Source of the DNA: Octopus sinensis
Lineage: Eukaryota
NCBI RefSeq assembly: GCF_006345805.1
Contig: NC_043019.1
Location: 22,381,360 to 22,445,359, forward strand
Direction: 5' to 3'
Length of the DNA stretch: 64,000 bases
The position numbers and the translations under genes are program-made. Below, in pieces: positions 51,565 to 63,092 of this stretch. The notes under the pieces were generated by a model, which was given only the letters and a program-made list of their open reading frames with translations, was not told the DNA's origin and ran no database searches. Each line of letters starts with the position of its first letter. Position 1 is the first letter of the stretch.

Positions 51565-51933
51565 GCTATCGTGTGGGGAGTTGCCTATGAGATTGCTTCA
51601 GAAGATGCAGAGAGTGTACGCAACCATTTGGACTACAGGGAGAAAGGCGGATACAAATCAGTCACTGTGCAATTCCATCCTATCAGTACTGAAAACAAGA
51701 GCCCTTTTGAGCTGACCTTATACATTGGGACCGAAGACAACCCATTCTTCCTCGGCCCAGCATCAATGGACGAAATGGCCAAACAGATAGCTGAGGCTGA
51801 AGGACGCAGCGGCCGCAATCGTGACTACCTTTTCAACTTGGCCGACGCTATGCGAACACTTGTGCCCGGAGCAGATGATGTTCACCTCTTCCAATTGGAA
51901 GCTAAAGTTCGGCATTTATCTACACATATCTGA
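51565..51933 (+). CDS. CHAC2: CHAC2-like coding exon 3 (terminal)
   Basis: Acceptor ttctctttcttttccacAG, then AIVWGVAYEI...HLDYREKGGY...LYIGTEDNPFFLGPA...IAEAEGRSGRNRDYLFNLADAMR...HLFQLEAKVRHLSTHI*. Contains the ChaC WGVAY, REKGGY and G.SG.N..YL motifs. Spliced total is 181 aa. Confidence 0.95.
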   Translation, partial: AIVWGVAYEIASEDAESVRNHLDYREKGGYKSVTVQFHPISTENKSPFELTLYIGTEDNPFFLGPASMDEMAKQIAEAEGRSGRNRDYLFNLADAMRTLVPGADDVHLFQLEAKVRHLSTHI

Positions 51934-52020
51934 TGATAATAATAACAACAATAATAATAACACTAACAATAATAATAATAATAATCTACCTCGAGATATC
52001 ATTATTTTCTTCTAATGTAC

Positions 52021-52026
52021 AATAAA
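52021..52026 (+). promoter_or_regulatory. Candidate CHAC2 polyadenylation signal
   Basis: AATAAA about 90 nt after the stop codon; no transcript data. Confidence 0.4.
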
Positions 52027-52679
52027 AAGCAAATTATGAATGACGTTGTCTTGATCCCTTGCTTCTATTTACAAGATATTCTATTTACAACACTCACTGT
52101 TTCCACCCTATGTATCTCTGACATCCATTTCTTTCACTGCTTATCCCACTCATTCTCACACTCATACACTCACACTTCACCTGATTTCCCTATTTCTCAT
52201 CTATTCTATTCTATTATATTTTCCTCCTACCTCCTTTTTTTTGTAGTCACTTATCAACTCTTTCTCATTGGCCCACCCCTATTTTCTTTTATTCCCATCG
52301 ACTTGCCTACCCACCTCTCCATCCTATTTGATCCTTTGACCCTGTCTTCTCCTGTACTCACCTTTTTGTACCTTGGGGGTACACCCCTCATACCTCATCA
52401 TCACCATCTCTTTTCTCTCTTTTCAGTTGCATCAAATACCACAAGGCATTGAGCCCGAGATCCTCTAGCACTTACACTAATCAAATCAACCTGGATTAGT
52501 ACTTATTTCAGTTGACCCACAACAAGAATAGAAAGCAAAGTTGACCTCGGTAAGATTTAAATTCAAAGCACATAGAATCAGAAGAAATATTTGGTGATTA
52601 GCACCAGTAACCAGTCTTGGAACTATGAAATTAAAAAGACAGAATACAGACATATATATATATCCATATCTATGTATGT

Positions 52680-52883
52680 GTGTGTACCTTTCAATGCTAT
52701 GTATGCCATAAGGTCTACAAATCTAACGGAGGCCTCAAAAGACATTTTAAGATCCACAAAGATCAGAACTTAACTGCAGCTCTTAGTTGTCCAAATCACA
52801 TATGCAATCTATGTGGGTATCTTTTCAAAACATTGTCTGGTTTAAAAAGCCGCATCAGATGGCATAATAGATCTAAGGTGTAA
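52680..52883 (+). pseudogene. Isolated fragment with two C2H2 zinc-finger motifs (second degenerate), probably a LINE C-terminus
   Basis: C-YV-C-x12-H-FKI-H is canonical; C-NL-C-x12-R-IRW-H has His->Arg. No convincing exon context. Confidence 0.45.
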
Positions 52884-52941
52884 GTACAAGAGGTGGTCAG
52901 ACTCTGCATAAGGAGCAGACAAATACCATATATGTATATAA

Positions 52942-52973
<32 letters not shown>

Positions 52974-53207
52974 GAAACACTCCTGTCCCAACCTGGGACC
53001 TTGAAGACGGCTTTAATGCAAGAAAGTATACTAGTCCCTTAATATTTGATATTCAATATTTCATCTATTCAATAAGACAATCAATACTTCATTTCATTTT
53101 ACACTATATATACTATATATTCTATATTCTACATTAATATTATAAAGAATATAAATAAAACATAAAAAAACAGACAGTTTGAATTCCTTTGAAATATATA
53201 TATATAT

Positions 53208-53695
53208 ATAAAAGTAAATAAATGGTACAAAGCACCGATATTTACTGGAAAATAGCGAACATAATAAATACGACGCTAATGTATAGCTTCACTGCGTATG
53301 TACTAGTAAAGATGCGTGTGTGCAACAAACATGAAAAAAATTGTCTTACCGCTAGGAAGAACATCTGAAAAATGAAAAACCTAGATAACGGATAATGCAG
53401 TACCGGTTTCGGATTTTTCAAAATATGATTGCTAAACGTATATTTGATTTATCCTCATCAGCTGCATAAACCTCAACAATATTTCAAATGTTGCCACATC
53501 TATGCCAGTACACTCGTCTGAACGCCAAGACGTTAACAGAACGAGAACAGTGAAGAAGTTTCAATGAAAATAGTAATGCAATACGATAGTATTGCTTCCA
53601 GTAAAGGATAGCCCGTGAGGGTAAAATTATACATAAAAGTAAATAAATGGTACAAAGCACCGATATTTACTGGAAAATAGCGAACGTAATAGATA
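53208..53695 (-). mobile_element. Retrozyme-like / Penelope-like non-autonomous unit: 425-bp monomer with terminal redundancy and central hammerhead
   Basis: Exact 53-bp direct repeat at 53208-53260 and 53633-53685 (63 bp with 2 mismatches), offset 425. No ORF between the repeats, hammerhead at 53395-53467, abuts a (TA)n tract. Confidence 0.7.
53395..53467 (-). ncRNA. Canonical type I hammerhead ribozyme motif (dimer-type stem III)
   Basis: Minus: atgcag CTGATGA ggat...atcc GAA accggt A ctgcat. Stem I 6 bp, perfect core, G10.1-C11.1, stem II extended by tcaaatat/atatt(t)tga, palindromic ACCGGT stem III, GUA triplet. Confidence 0.88.
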
Positions 53696-53774
53696 GGTTT
53701 CATTCAAATATATTTAATAAAAGAATGTTAATTTTCATATACAAGTTGTATTTTTTATTTATACATACATACAA

Positions 53775-53805
<31 letters not shown>

Positions 53806-53818
53806 CATACATACATAC

Positions 53819-54360
53819 TCATTCAGTGTCACTACTAAACAGTAAACATGCCTGTTTTCTGTTGTTTTTCGATGGTGCAAAATCACTCGTCACTAGAGAT
53901 ATTTGTTGGCAATATATTTCATGTGTATCTTGAATAAAATTAACATCTTGTGTTTCTTTTGTTTCACTGGTTTTGAATATGAGTTCAGTTATCAGATGCT
54001 GTGATTTTGTTTTTGTTAGTTCTTTATACGATTCTTCATAACGTGCCATAATCATTTTGAAATCACATTGGAATCGCACAGCTTGTTCAACATTGCTATC
54101 ATTTCTAAGAAAATGATTTCCAAGTTTATTGGCTATTCGGAGGCCTTCTGGAATTGTATTTGCAGACAGTGGAACCAATTCTTCATCATCACTACTATAA
54201 ACTAACGTGGAATCATATACATTCTCTGAAATACTGTCTATAATTTGTTCTTCATTAGGAGCTTTGTTAATTGTTAATCCTGCAATATCTTCAATTGTTA
54301 AATCTTCAAAACCTTCTCTGCCAATCTGATGTAACAAAGTGATGCTATCAGAACGTAATT
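53819..54360 (-). mobile_element. Tigger/pogo transposase C-terminal fragment
   Basis: GREGFEDLTIEDIAGL...EGLRIANKLGNHF...QAVRFQ...YKELTKTKSQHLITE resembles the post-DDE tail of Tigger/TIGD proteins; cut at its 5' side by a SINE. Confidence 0.6.
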
Positions 54361-54377
54361 CATTCCTATTTATATAT

Positions 54378-54797
54378 AGGGCGCAGGAGTGGCTGTGTGG
54401 TAAGTAGCTTGTTTACCGACCACATGGTTCCGGGTTCAGTCCCACTGCGTGGCACCTTGGGCAAGTGTCTTCTACTATAGCCTCAGGCCGACCAAAGCCT
54501 TGTGAGTGGATTTGGTAGATGGAAACTGAAAGAAGCCGCCATATATATGTATATATATATATGCGTGTGTGTGTTTATGTGTCTGTGTTTGTCCCCCTAG
54601 CATTGCTTGACAACCGATGCTGGTGTGTTTATGTCCCCGTTACTTAGCAGTTCGGCAAAAAGAGACCGATAGAATAAGTACTGGGCTTACAAAAGGATAA
54701 GTCCCGGGGTCAAGTTGCTCGATTAAAGGTAGTGCTCCAGCATGGCCGCAGTCAAATGACTGAAACAAGTAAAAGAGTAAAGAGTAAAAGAGAGAGT
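54378..54797 (+). mobile_element. SINE family A, full length
   Basis: Consensus match. Confidence 0.85.
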
Positions 54798-55161
54798 ATT
54801 CGATACGCAATTTTTAGGCTTTACACATTCTGGCCAAATTGATCTCCAGCATGCAGAGGATGAAACGCGATATGTCTTTCATGTTACATCTGATGCTGAT
54901 AACTGCCACCATGCGCTGTCTGATGTAGCAGTTATGCGCAGCCAGAGGTATGTACAGTGCATAGGTCCCGCTCACACCGGAGAGTGAGGGATCACTATAT
55001 AGAAAAAATAAATTGGATTCTATCTTTTATTTTGCTAAATTGTTACTTAATCATGTTACGTAGAGTTTCGGTGTTTTGTAAATTATAATTGATTGATATT
55101 ACTTAATTGTTTATTTGCCACTTGCAATAAATTTAGTGGTCACACAAGGACAGATGTTTAA

Positions 55162-55381
55162 CCCTTTCGTTACTGTATTTATTTTGAGATGCTCTGTGTT
55201 TCTTTCATTTACTTTAAATATAACAAAGAATTTAGTAAAATAACTTAGTTATCATTCAGCTAGTGTTAGGAACATTAATTGTGACTAAGGTTTGGTGGAA
55301 GATTTTAATTCAAAACTTACGAAAACAAGATATTTGGACTCAGAGCCAGAGCCAGTTTCAGCCGGGTTGGTAACAAAAGGG
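55162..55381. mobile_element. piggyBac-like MITE (220 bp)
   Basis: TTAA|CCCTTTCGTTAC...GTAACAAAAGGG|TTAA; same family as 31073-31292. Confidence 0.85.
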
Positions 55382-55664
55382 TTAAACTGTGTTAAAATAA
55401 AAAAAAAAACAGTACAAAAAAATAATCAGTTCTTTTTGTTGGACCATGTTATTTCAAAACCATGCAAAAAGAGAATTGAGTGTATTCTGCTGGGTGGTTG
55501 GTGTTAGGAAGGGCATTTAGTCATAAAATCCCTGCTAAAACAGACAAAGAAGTTTGGTGCAGGGTCCTCACAAACCATCCAACCCATGCTAGCATGGAAA
55601 GCAGGTGATACACACACACACATTGATGCATTTGTACATAAATGTGTGTGGATGTGAGTATATG

Positions 55665-55696
<32 letters not shown>

Positions 55697-55750
55697 ATAT
55701 CTCGTCTGTATCACTAGCGATTTTTTTTCCCCTGTCTTCCCTTCTCCTAT

Positions 55751-55785
55751 GTTTCCAACGAAGAGCTCCGCTCGAAACGTCAAAC
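55751..55785 (+). ncRNA. Degenerate minimal hammerhead motif (core CCAACGA)
   Basis: gttt CCAACGA a gagc tcc gctc GAA acgt C aaac. Same stem II and stem III design as 2326-2361; U4C and G5A changes are probably inactivating. Confidence 0.5.
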
Positions 55786-55888
55786 CCTCCTTCTTCCCTT
55801 CTTTCCTGAGCGTCCAATAATACTTTATTTGTTCCATGTCCTTGCGTTGTTGTTTTTTTGTTTTTGTTTTCTTGTTTGGATTAACTTT

Positions 55889-55914
<26 letters not shown>

Positions 55915-55921
<7 letters not shown>

Positions 55922-56140
55922 TAACAATGAGGGTCTTTGCAACAAGTTGACATTGTTATAATTATATAAACTTTTACCGAATATGGTCCTTTTCCATACC
56001 GAAATACTACTTGGTGAAATTTGTTGATTTTATTAAATTAATTATATTTCACCCTTTATCTGTACATATATATATATGTATGCATGCATGTATGTTTGTA
56101 TACATACACATATAAAAGTGTGTATATATGCGTGTGTATG

Positions 56141-56181
<41 letters not shown>

Positions 56182-56284
56182 GTGCACACACACACACACA
56201 CACATAGGCATACATTGACATATATACAAAGAAAATGACTTCAAAACAAAAGAACATTGCAAACACATACTCAGTTATTTACAC

Positions 56285-56324
<40 letters not shown>

Positions 56325-57237
56325 ATGTATGTACACATGCACACACAAAACTACAATATACACGAGGACCACCACCACCACCACCACTACACACAACCGC
56401 AATACAATGAGGCCTACCAAAACAATACAATACAATACTGCTATTAGTTACTAAGTTAATCTACTCTGTGTGTATGTGTGTGTGTGTGTGTGTGTGCATA
56501 TGTGTGTGTGTGTGTATGTAATTTTCCAAATCTCCTTTGTTGATATCAATGAAATGGCTAAATGTCCCAGTTTTGGCAGTGAAAAGCCTAGATTCATTCC
56601 AACAGACAAGACAAGACAACCAGGAAGGTGGGGGAGTGTTGTTGTAGTTGGTGGCACTGGGGGAGGGAGGTGGTGGGGAGAGTACACACACACTGATATT
56701 ACTAAATTAATTGATTGACACTGTGTAACCCCTGGCTTTCATTTCACCATGTTTCACAAAGTACAACTGACTGGATTTTGGTCTTCTCTCTCTTTCTCTA
56801 CTTCTCTCTTTTTTCATCCTTTATATCTCTTTTTTCTCTCTTTTACTCGTTTCAGTCATTTGACTGCGGCCATGCTGGAGCACCGCCTTTTTTAATCGAG
56901 CAAATCGACCCTGGGACTTATTCTTTGTAAGCCCAGTACTTATTCTATTGGTCTCTTTTGCTGAACCGCTAAGTGACGGGGACGTGAACACACCAGCATC
57001 GTTTGTCAAGCAATGCTAGGGGGACAAACACAGACACACAAACATACACGCACATACATATATATACATATATACGACAGGCTTCTTTCAGTTTCCGTCT
57101 ACCAAATCCACTCACAAGGCATTGGTCGGCCCGGGGCTATAGTAGGAGACACTTGCCCAAGGTGCCACGCAGTGGGACTGAACCCAGAACCGTGTGGTTG
57201 CTAAACAAGCTACTTACCACACAGCCACTCCTGCGCC

Positions 57238-57274
<37 letters not shown>

Positions 57275-57435
57275 TTATACTACAGATATAGGGTGAAAGA
57301 TAATTAATTTAATAAAATCAACAAATTTCACCTAGTAGTTTTTCGGTATGGAAAAGGACCATATTCGGTAAAAACTTATACAAAAAGTTTTTTTTATATA
57401 TAATTATAACAATAAGGGTTTTGCAACAAGTTGCT
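55915..57435. repeat. Dispersed inverted pair (~55915-56045 and ~57300-57435) next to (TA)n tracts
   Basis: ttaccgaatatggtccttttccataccgaaa...gaaatttgttgattttattaaattaatt and its reverse complement. Confidence 0.65.
56833..57238 (-). mobile_element. SINE family A, full length
   Basis: Consensus match. Confidence 0.85.
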
Positions 57436-57724
57436 TGACCACATACCGAAAATTTTAGAAATAGCAGCCAAAAGACTACTATTTCCTTTTTCTACAAAAA
57501 AATATGTCTCCACAGAACAATATTTGTATGTCTTTTCCGCTTTCTCTCTCTCCTTGGACGTTTCATCATAACTTAAGTCTTAAAATTAACTTTAAAACGA
57601 TGATGTTGGTGGTGGTGGTGCCAGAAGTGGTAGTGTTAGTAATACAACAATCACGTGACTATAATGCAGACAAAAGTATTCTTACACACACATACATGAA
57701 CTCACATATACAGGTGTGTTTGTG

Positions 57725-57735
57725 TGTATATATAT

Positions 57736-57812
<77 letters not shown>

Positions 57813-57817
57813 TATAT

Positions 57818-57865
<48 letters not shown>

Positions 57866-57866
57866 G

Positions 57867-57900
<34 letters not shown>
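57725..57900. repeat. (TA)n microsatellite
   Basis: Direct reading. Confidence 0.9.
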
Positions 57901-58028
57901 CTTTATTTAAAGCAGCAGAAAATTCAACAAAACCTGTTACTCTGAGTTTCCCCGTTGCAACTTGTTTGGTAAGGGTGGTTACTCAGAATAACAGGTTTTG
58001 TTGAATTTTCTGCTGCTTTAAATAAAGC
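57901..58028. repeat. Inverted repeat (arms ~57901-57947 / ~57981-58028), Penelope-like remnant
   Basis: ctttatttaaagcagcagaaaattcaacaaaacctgtta.tctgagt versus actcagaataacaggttttgttgaattttctgctgctttaaataaag; related sequence at ~7800-7950 and ~5810-5890. Confidence 0.65.
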
Positions 58029-59587
58029 ATATTACTCTACCACTGGTATTTGAGTACTCTTTTTTCCACCTTGTTTCACATTTATGTGTTTACTTCGGTA
58101 TATATATATATATATATTATATATATATATATATATAGATAGATAGATAGATAGATATACATATATAGTTCAAAGATGAGATCTAGATGTTCTCCTTTAA
58201 CTCTGTATATCATTTGTATTCGGTCCTTTTAATATGTATTACATATATACACATTTTGTATTTCATGTAGTTGATATACTTCATACAGTGATCTATTTTA
58301 TATATATGTATGTATGTATGTATGTGTGTATGTATTCAATTCAATTAAATTTTTATTGGCTCAAAAAGCAAAAGCAAGGCCATGTAGGGGGACAGGAAGT
58401 TATGTACAGGGAGGGTGGTCATACAAAGAGTTCAGGCCATTTATGGTCAAGAGAGACTTTGAACCAAGTGGTCATGTATGTATGTGTAAAGCGTGAGATG
58501 GTCAGCTGATATGTCTGTCCTTGAGTGAATGAGTAGGTGGGTGGAAGAATGGCAATCTCTCCTCCACAGACCCAAAGAGAGGACGACACCTTGAACATAG
58601 TTTTGTTTTTTTGCCCAGTGAAAACCACCCTTACCAAACAAGTTTGAAAAAATATATAGGTTTGGTAGAATTGAGGATTTAGGTGTAATGGAATATGGCC
58701 CAGCCATGTGACAGGTTGTACTGGGTTACATACTACCAGTGGCAGTATGTATGTATATGTGAGTGAACCTGTCTGTCTACCTGTTTATCTATGTGTGTAG
58801 TCTATTTATAGGTTACCTACCTACCTACCTCTCCCTCTATCTATCTATTTTTCTTTTAGTTAAAAAGGTTTGTATGTATATGATACAATCAGAGGTAATT
58901 TAATCTAACAATGTACATGTGTGTCATTCCGGCTGGGCTGGTTGGTATTGTTTCTCTATAAAAGTCCTGTGTTAATGATGGAGTGATACATAAAATACAT
59001 ATTAAATTGCATGGTAGAAGGTTAGGGTAGATAGGGGGTACCCTTTAATTTTGTGGGAAATCATCTCATTTATGGCAGTACCATGATGAAATACATTTGG
59101 TTCATTCTGTAAAGTGGCAGATGATAAGAGATGCATCCGTTGGATGAAACCTTGTCAAAGAAAGGAGGAATACATGGAGATGATGTCAAATAGACATGAC
59201 TGTGCCAGGGATCCATATGAGATTTTGGTGTTAAAATTTATGAGCAATAAATTGCTTATACTTGTAGATACACCAAATATTTGAACAATTCCTGCAATTG
59301 GTTATACTTCCACAATACACAAAATGCTTAAACAATTCTTTTTACAATTCCTCATGATATTTAATTATAAAAATATAAAAGGAGTTTCTTGGAGTGAAAT
59401 AGGAATCAAAGGCTTCCATAGGTGAAAAGACATTGAGAACCACTGTTTAAGTAATCTCTACCATGAATTCTGTCGTCTAACAAATATCTTTGGTTTTCTC
59501 TGTTGCTGCATGTGCCAACTGATGAAGGACTGTATGTAGCAAGTGATGAAGCACTGTGTGACACCCGTCTTATCCTATCCATTGCTT

Positions 59588-59970
59588 GGAGGCGCAATGA
59601 CCCAGTGGTTAGGGCAGCGGACTCGCGGTCATAGGATCGCAGTTTCGATTCCCAGACCGGGCGTTGTGAGTGTTTATTGAGCGAAAACACCTAAAAACTC
59701 CACAAGGCTCCGGCAGGGGATGGTGGTGATCCCTGCTGTGCTCTTTCACCACAACTTTCTCTCACTCTTACTTCCTGTTTCTGTTGTACCTGTATTTCAA
59801 GGGGCCGGCCTTGTCACTCTCTGTGTCACGCTGAATATCCCCGAGAATTATGTTAAGGGTACACGTGTCTGTGGAGTGCTCAGCCACTTACATGTTAATT
59901 TCACGAACAGGCTGTTCCGTTGATTCAGATCAACCGGAACCCTCATCGTCATAACCGACGGAGTGCTTCC
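59588..59970 (+). mobile_element. SINE family C with 10-bp TSD
   Basis: Near-identical to 20127-20506; ATCCATTGCT at 59577-59586 and 59971-59980. Confidence 0.88.
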
Positions 59971-60079
59971 ATCCATTGCTACATGGAAAAACACATGTAA
60001 AATGAAGATGTGTAGTATTATAATGCAAAACTATTTATCAATCATATATACGAAACAGATTGACATAGACAACAAAGGT

Positions 60080-60445
60080 ATGGCTGTGTGGTAAGAAGTT
60101 AGCTTCCCAACCACATGGTTCCAGGTTCAGGCCTACTGTGTGGCACCTTGGACAAGTGTCTTCTACTATAGCCTTGGGCTTTCCAAAGCCTTGTGAGTGG
60201 ATTTGATAGGCGGAAACTGAAAGAAGCCTTTTGTATATATATATATATAAATATATGTACGTGTGTATATATTTTTATGTCTGATTTTGTCCTCCCACCA
60301 TCACTTGACAACTGATGCTGGTGTCTATCTCCCTATAACTTAGCAGTTCAGCAAAAAAAGGCCAATAGAATAAGTATTAAGCTTACAAAGAATAAGCCCT
60401 AGGGTCAATGACTATGACCCTTTAAGGTAGTGCTCCAGCATGGCC
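60080..60445 (+). mobile_element. SINE family A (diverged)
   Basis: Consensus match, older copy. Confidence 0.75.
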
Positions 60446-63092
60446 AGTTTAACACCACCATCTGGTGCCTTTCTCTCCACCTCCTTATTTGGGAGGCCCT
60501 GTAAAGGGTCATAGATACTGTCTTCCCTTTTAACTAAAAGATATTAAAATATAGATAGACAGAGGTAAAATATATAAGGTAGGGAGTTTTTTGTAGAAAT
60601 TTCACTACCAGTGGCCTAGCATGTATAAAAAGTCAATAGACAACATATTCTCAATATAAAATAGTGTACATTTAAACACAAGAGAAGCTGCCTTCAACAC
60701 CCTGGAAGAAGCAGTCAAAAAAATAACAAGGTAATAGTTTTTAGTTTTCATTCCCTTCAAAATTGCCCTTAAATGTGGTTTTGGTTGTTTTGACTGCTTC
60801 TTCTAGCATGTAAAGCTGCCTGTTGAAGGAATGGTTGTGTGGTAAGAAGCTTCCTTCCCAACTACATGGTTCTGGGTTCAGTCCCACTGCATGGTACCTT
60901 GGGCAAGTGTCTTCTACTATAGTCTCAGACTGACCAAAGCCTTCTGAGTGGATTTAGTAGATGGAAACTGAAAGAAGCCCTTCTTATATATATTTCTTTA
61001 CTACCCACAAGGGGCTAAACATGGAGAGGACAAACAAGGACAGACAAAGGGATTAAGTCGATTACATCGACCCCAGTGCGAAACTGGTACTTTATTTATC
61101 GACCCCGAAAGGATGAAAGGCAAAGTCGACCTCGGCAGAATTTGAACTCAGAACGTAACGACAGACGAAATACCGCTAAGCATTTCGACCGGCGCGCTAA
61201 CGTTTCTGCCAGCCCGCTTATATATGTGTGTGATCACCGTTTAATAACTGTTGTTTATGTGTTTATATCTTCGTAACTGAGCTGTTCGGCAAAAAACTGA
61301 TAAAGTTAGCACCATGCTTAAAAAAAATATTGAGGCTGCTTCATTCAATTACAAATTGCACAAAGTCGTGTCTTAGCATGGTCCCAGTCTAATGACTGAA
61401 ACAAGTAAAAAAGATATAAGAAATAAAAATCATACTTGACAGAGTAACCTGAATACTCAAGAGTCAAGTGACCAGCACTTCTTAATGCAGCTCTCCTCAT
61501 CCATACACATCACCTGACCAAACCATTGAAATAAAAACAAAAACCATATCAAAGCAACAAATTCTTTTAAGAGGCAAATTCATTCAGATAAGTTTTCTTT
61601 TGTTTTCTTCATGCAAATTTCTTTTTTCTTAAAAAAAAAAAATATAATAAAAAGAGAAAAAAAAATGTAAAAACGAAAAAAAAAAGATAATAAAAACCAT
61701 TTTTTCTTCCTCCGATGCCAAGCAAAATTATTTCCATTCATTCTTCTGTTCAACATATTTTCTTGGATTTTAAAGTTTGTATTTTTTTTAGTTATTGTCT
61801 TTATTTTTAATTATATATATATATTCAAAGTCTTTTTTATATATATATTATATATATAATGTTTATTAAAAAAAATAAGAGAAAAAGATTTGGGGGACAA
61901 GAAATTGATAAAGAATATTGTTATTGCTTTTGTTTTTGGAAGAATTTAAGAAATTTTGAGACTCTTGAGATTTTCTTTTCCATCTTATATTTTATATATT
62001 CTTGTATTTTTTAAACCAGGGTCAGAGGGAAATGGAAAAGGGAAGGAGGCCTTTGAAAATCTTCAAAAGCGGCGGCGGTGGTGTATAGTGATGGTAGTGG
62101 TGTGTGTCTGGGGAGGGAGGAGACAGAATCTAAAAACTCGAGCCATTTTGGATGTGGGCTATGTAAGACGATTGGGGGGAATTTTTCTTTTTTTCAAAAA
62201 AAGCATTGTGGACAATTTGTTCTGTTCTTCCAGAAAAAAATAAATGGTTTTAAATGAAGCGTCTTAGGGTTAGACTTTGCGAATAAAGGCAGTTGAAAGG
62301 GGAGAGAGAAGCAAATAGACAGGAGTAGACAGATAGATATAAAGAGGCAGACATAGAGCCGAAAAGGGCAAGATAGACAGGGATATAGTTTGAGAAGGGA
62401 GCATATTGGAAGAGGGGTTGAGGAAACCAGCAAAGTAGGATATGTTTTTATATTTTTGATAGCTTCAAAACATCTATTGGTATGTAGAATTTCAGCCCAT
62501 GATTTGCAAATATCAAAAATGGAGTGAGAGGATGGGCAGAGATTCAAGGGAGTTTTAGATGAGTCGATGGCTAGATCTGGGAAAATGAGAATTCTGAACA
62601 ATCTTTCCAACCTCTACTACAACAAGCAATGTTAAAAAAAAAATTTAATGGAAAAAGAATTTTTTTTAGATATTAAATAAAAAACGAAAGAATATATTAA
62701 AAAAATCTAAAATATTTGTTGGTATTTTAAAATAATATTCTTAAATGGCATAAAAGTTCTTCAATGATTTGTTCAACTTTTTGTTTTGTTATTGTAATTT
62801 TCTACATTTAAACAACCATCATACAACACAGTAGACACTGTGGAAGTGTGTCAATCATGTTATATAGTGTTTCCACAGTGGACATAGAAATATATATATA
62901 CATATGTAGATATGTATGTCTGCACACATATAAACATTATTGATGTCACATACTTAACGGACATGTTTTGCTTAAGCGCTTTTAGGCTGCGGTATTTCAT
63001 CCAGGGAAAGTACCTTGAAGAGATAGAGTCTTAAAAAAAAAACACTGTACCTCAAAACCAGATGAAATGAATTGCTCTGTAGGTGAACGAGA

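Noticed and set aside
1464-57945. Many short ORFs rich in IY, TH, CV, poly-I/N/Y, or recurring MLGGQTQTHKH / MSSNARGTNTDT peptides
   Set aside because: Translations of microsatellites and of SINE family A copies, not genes.
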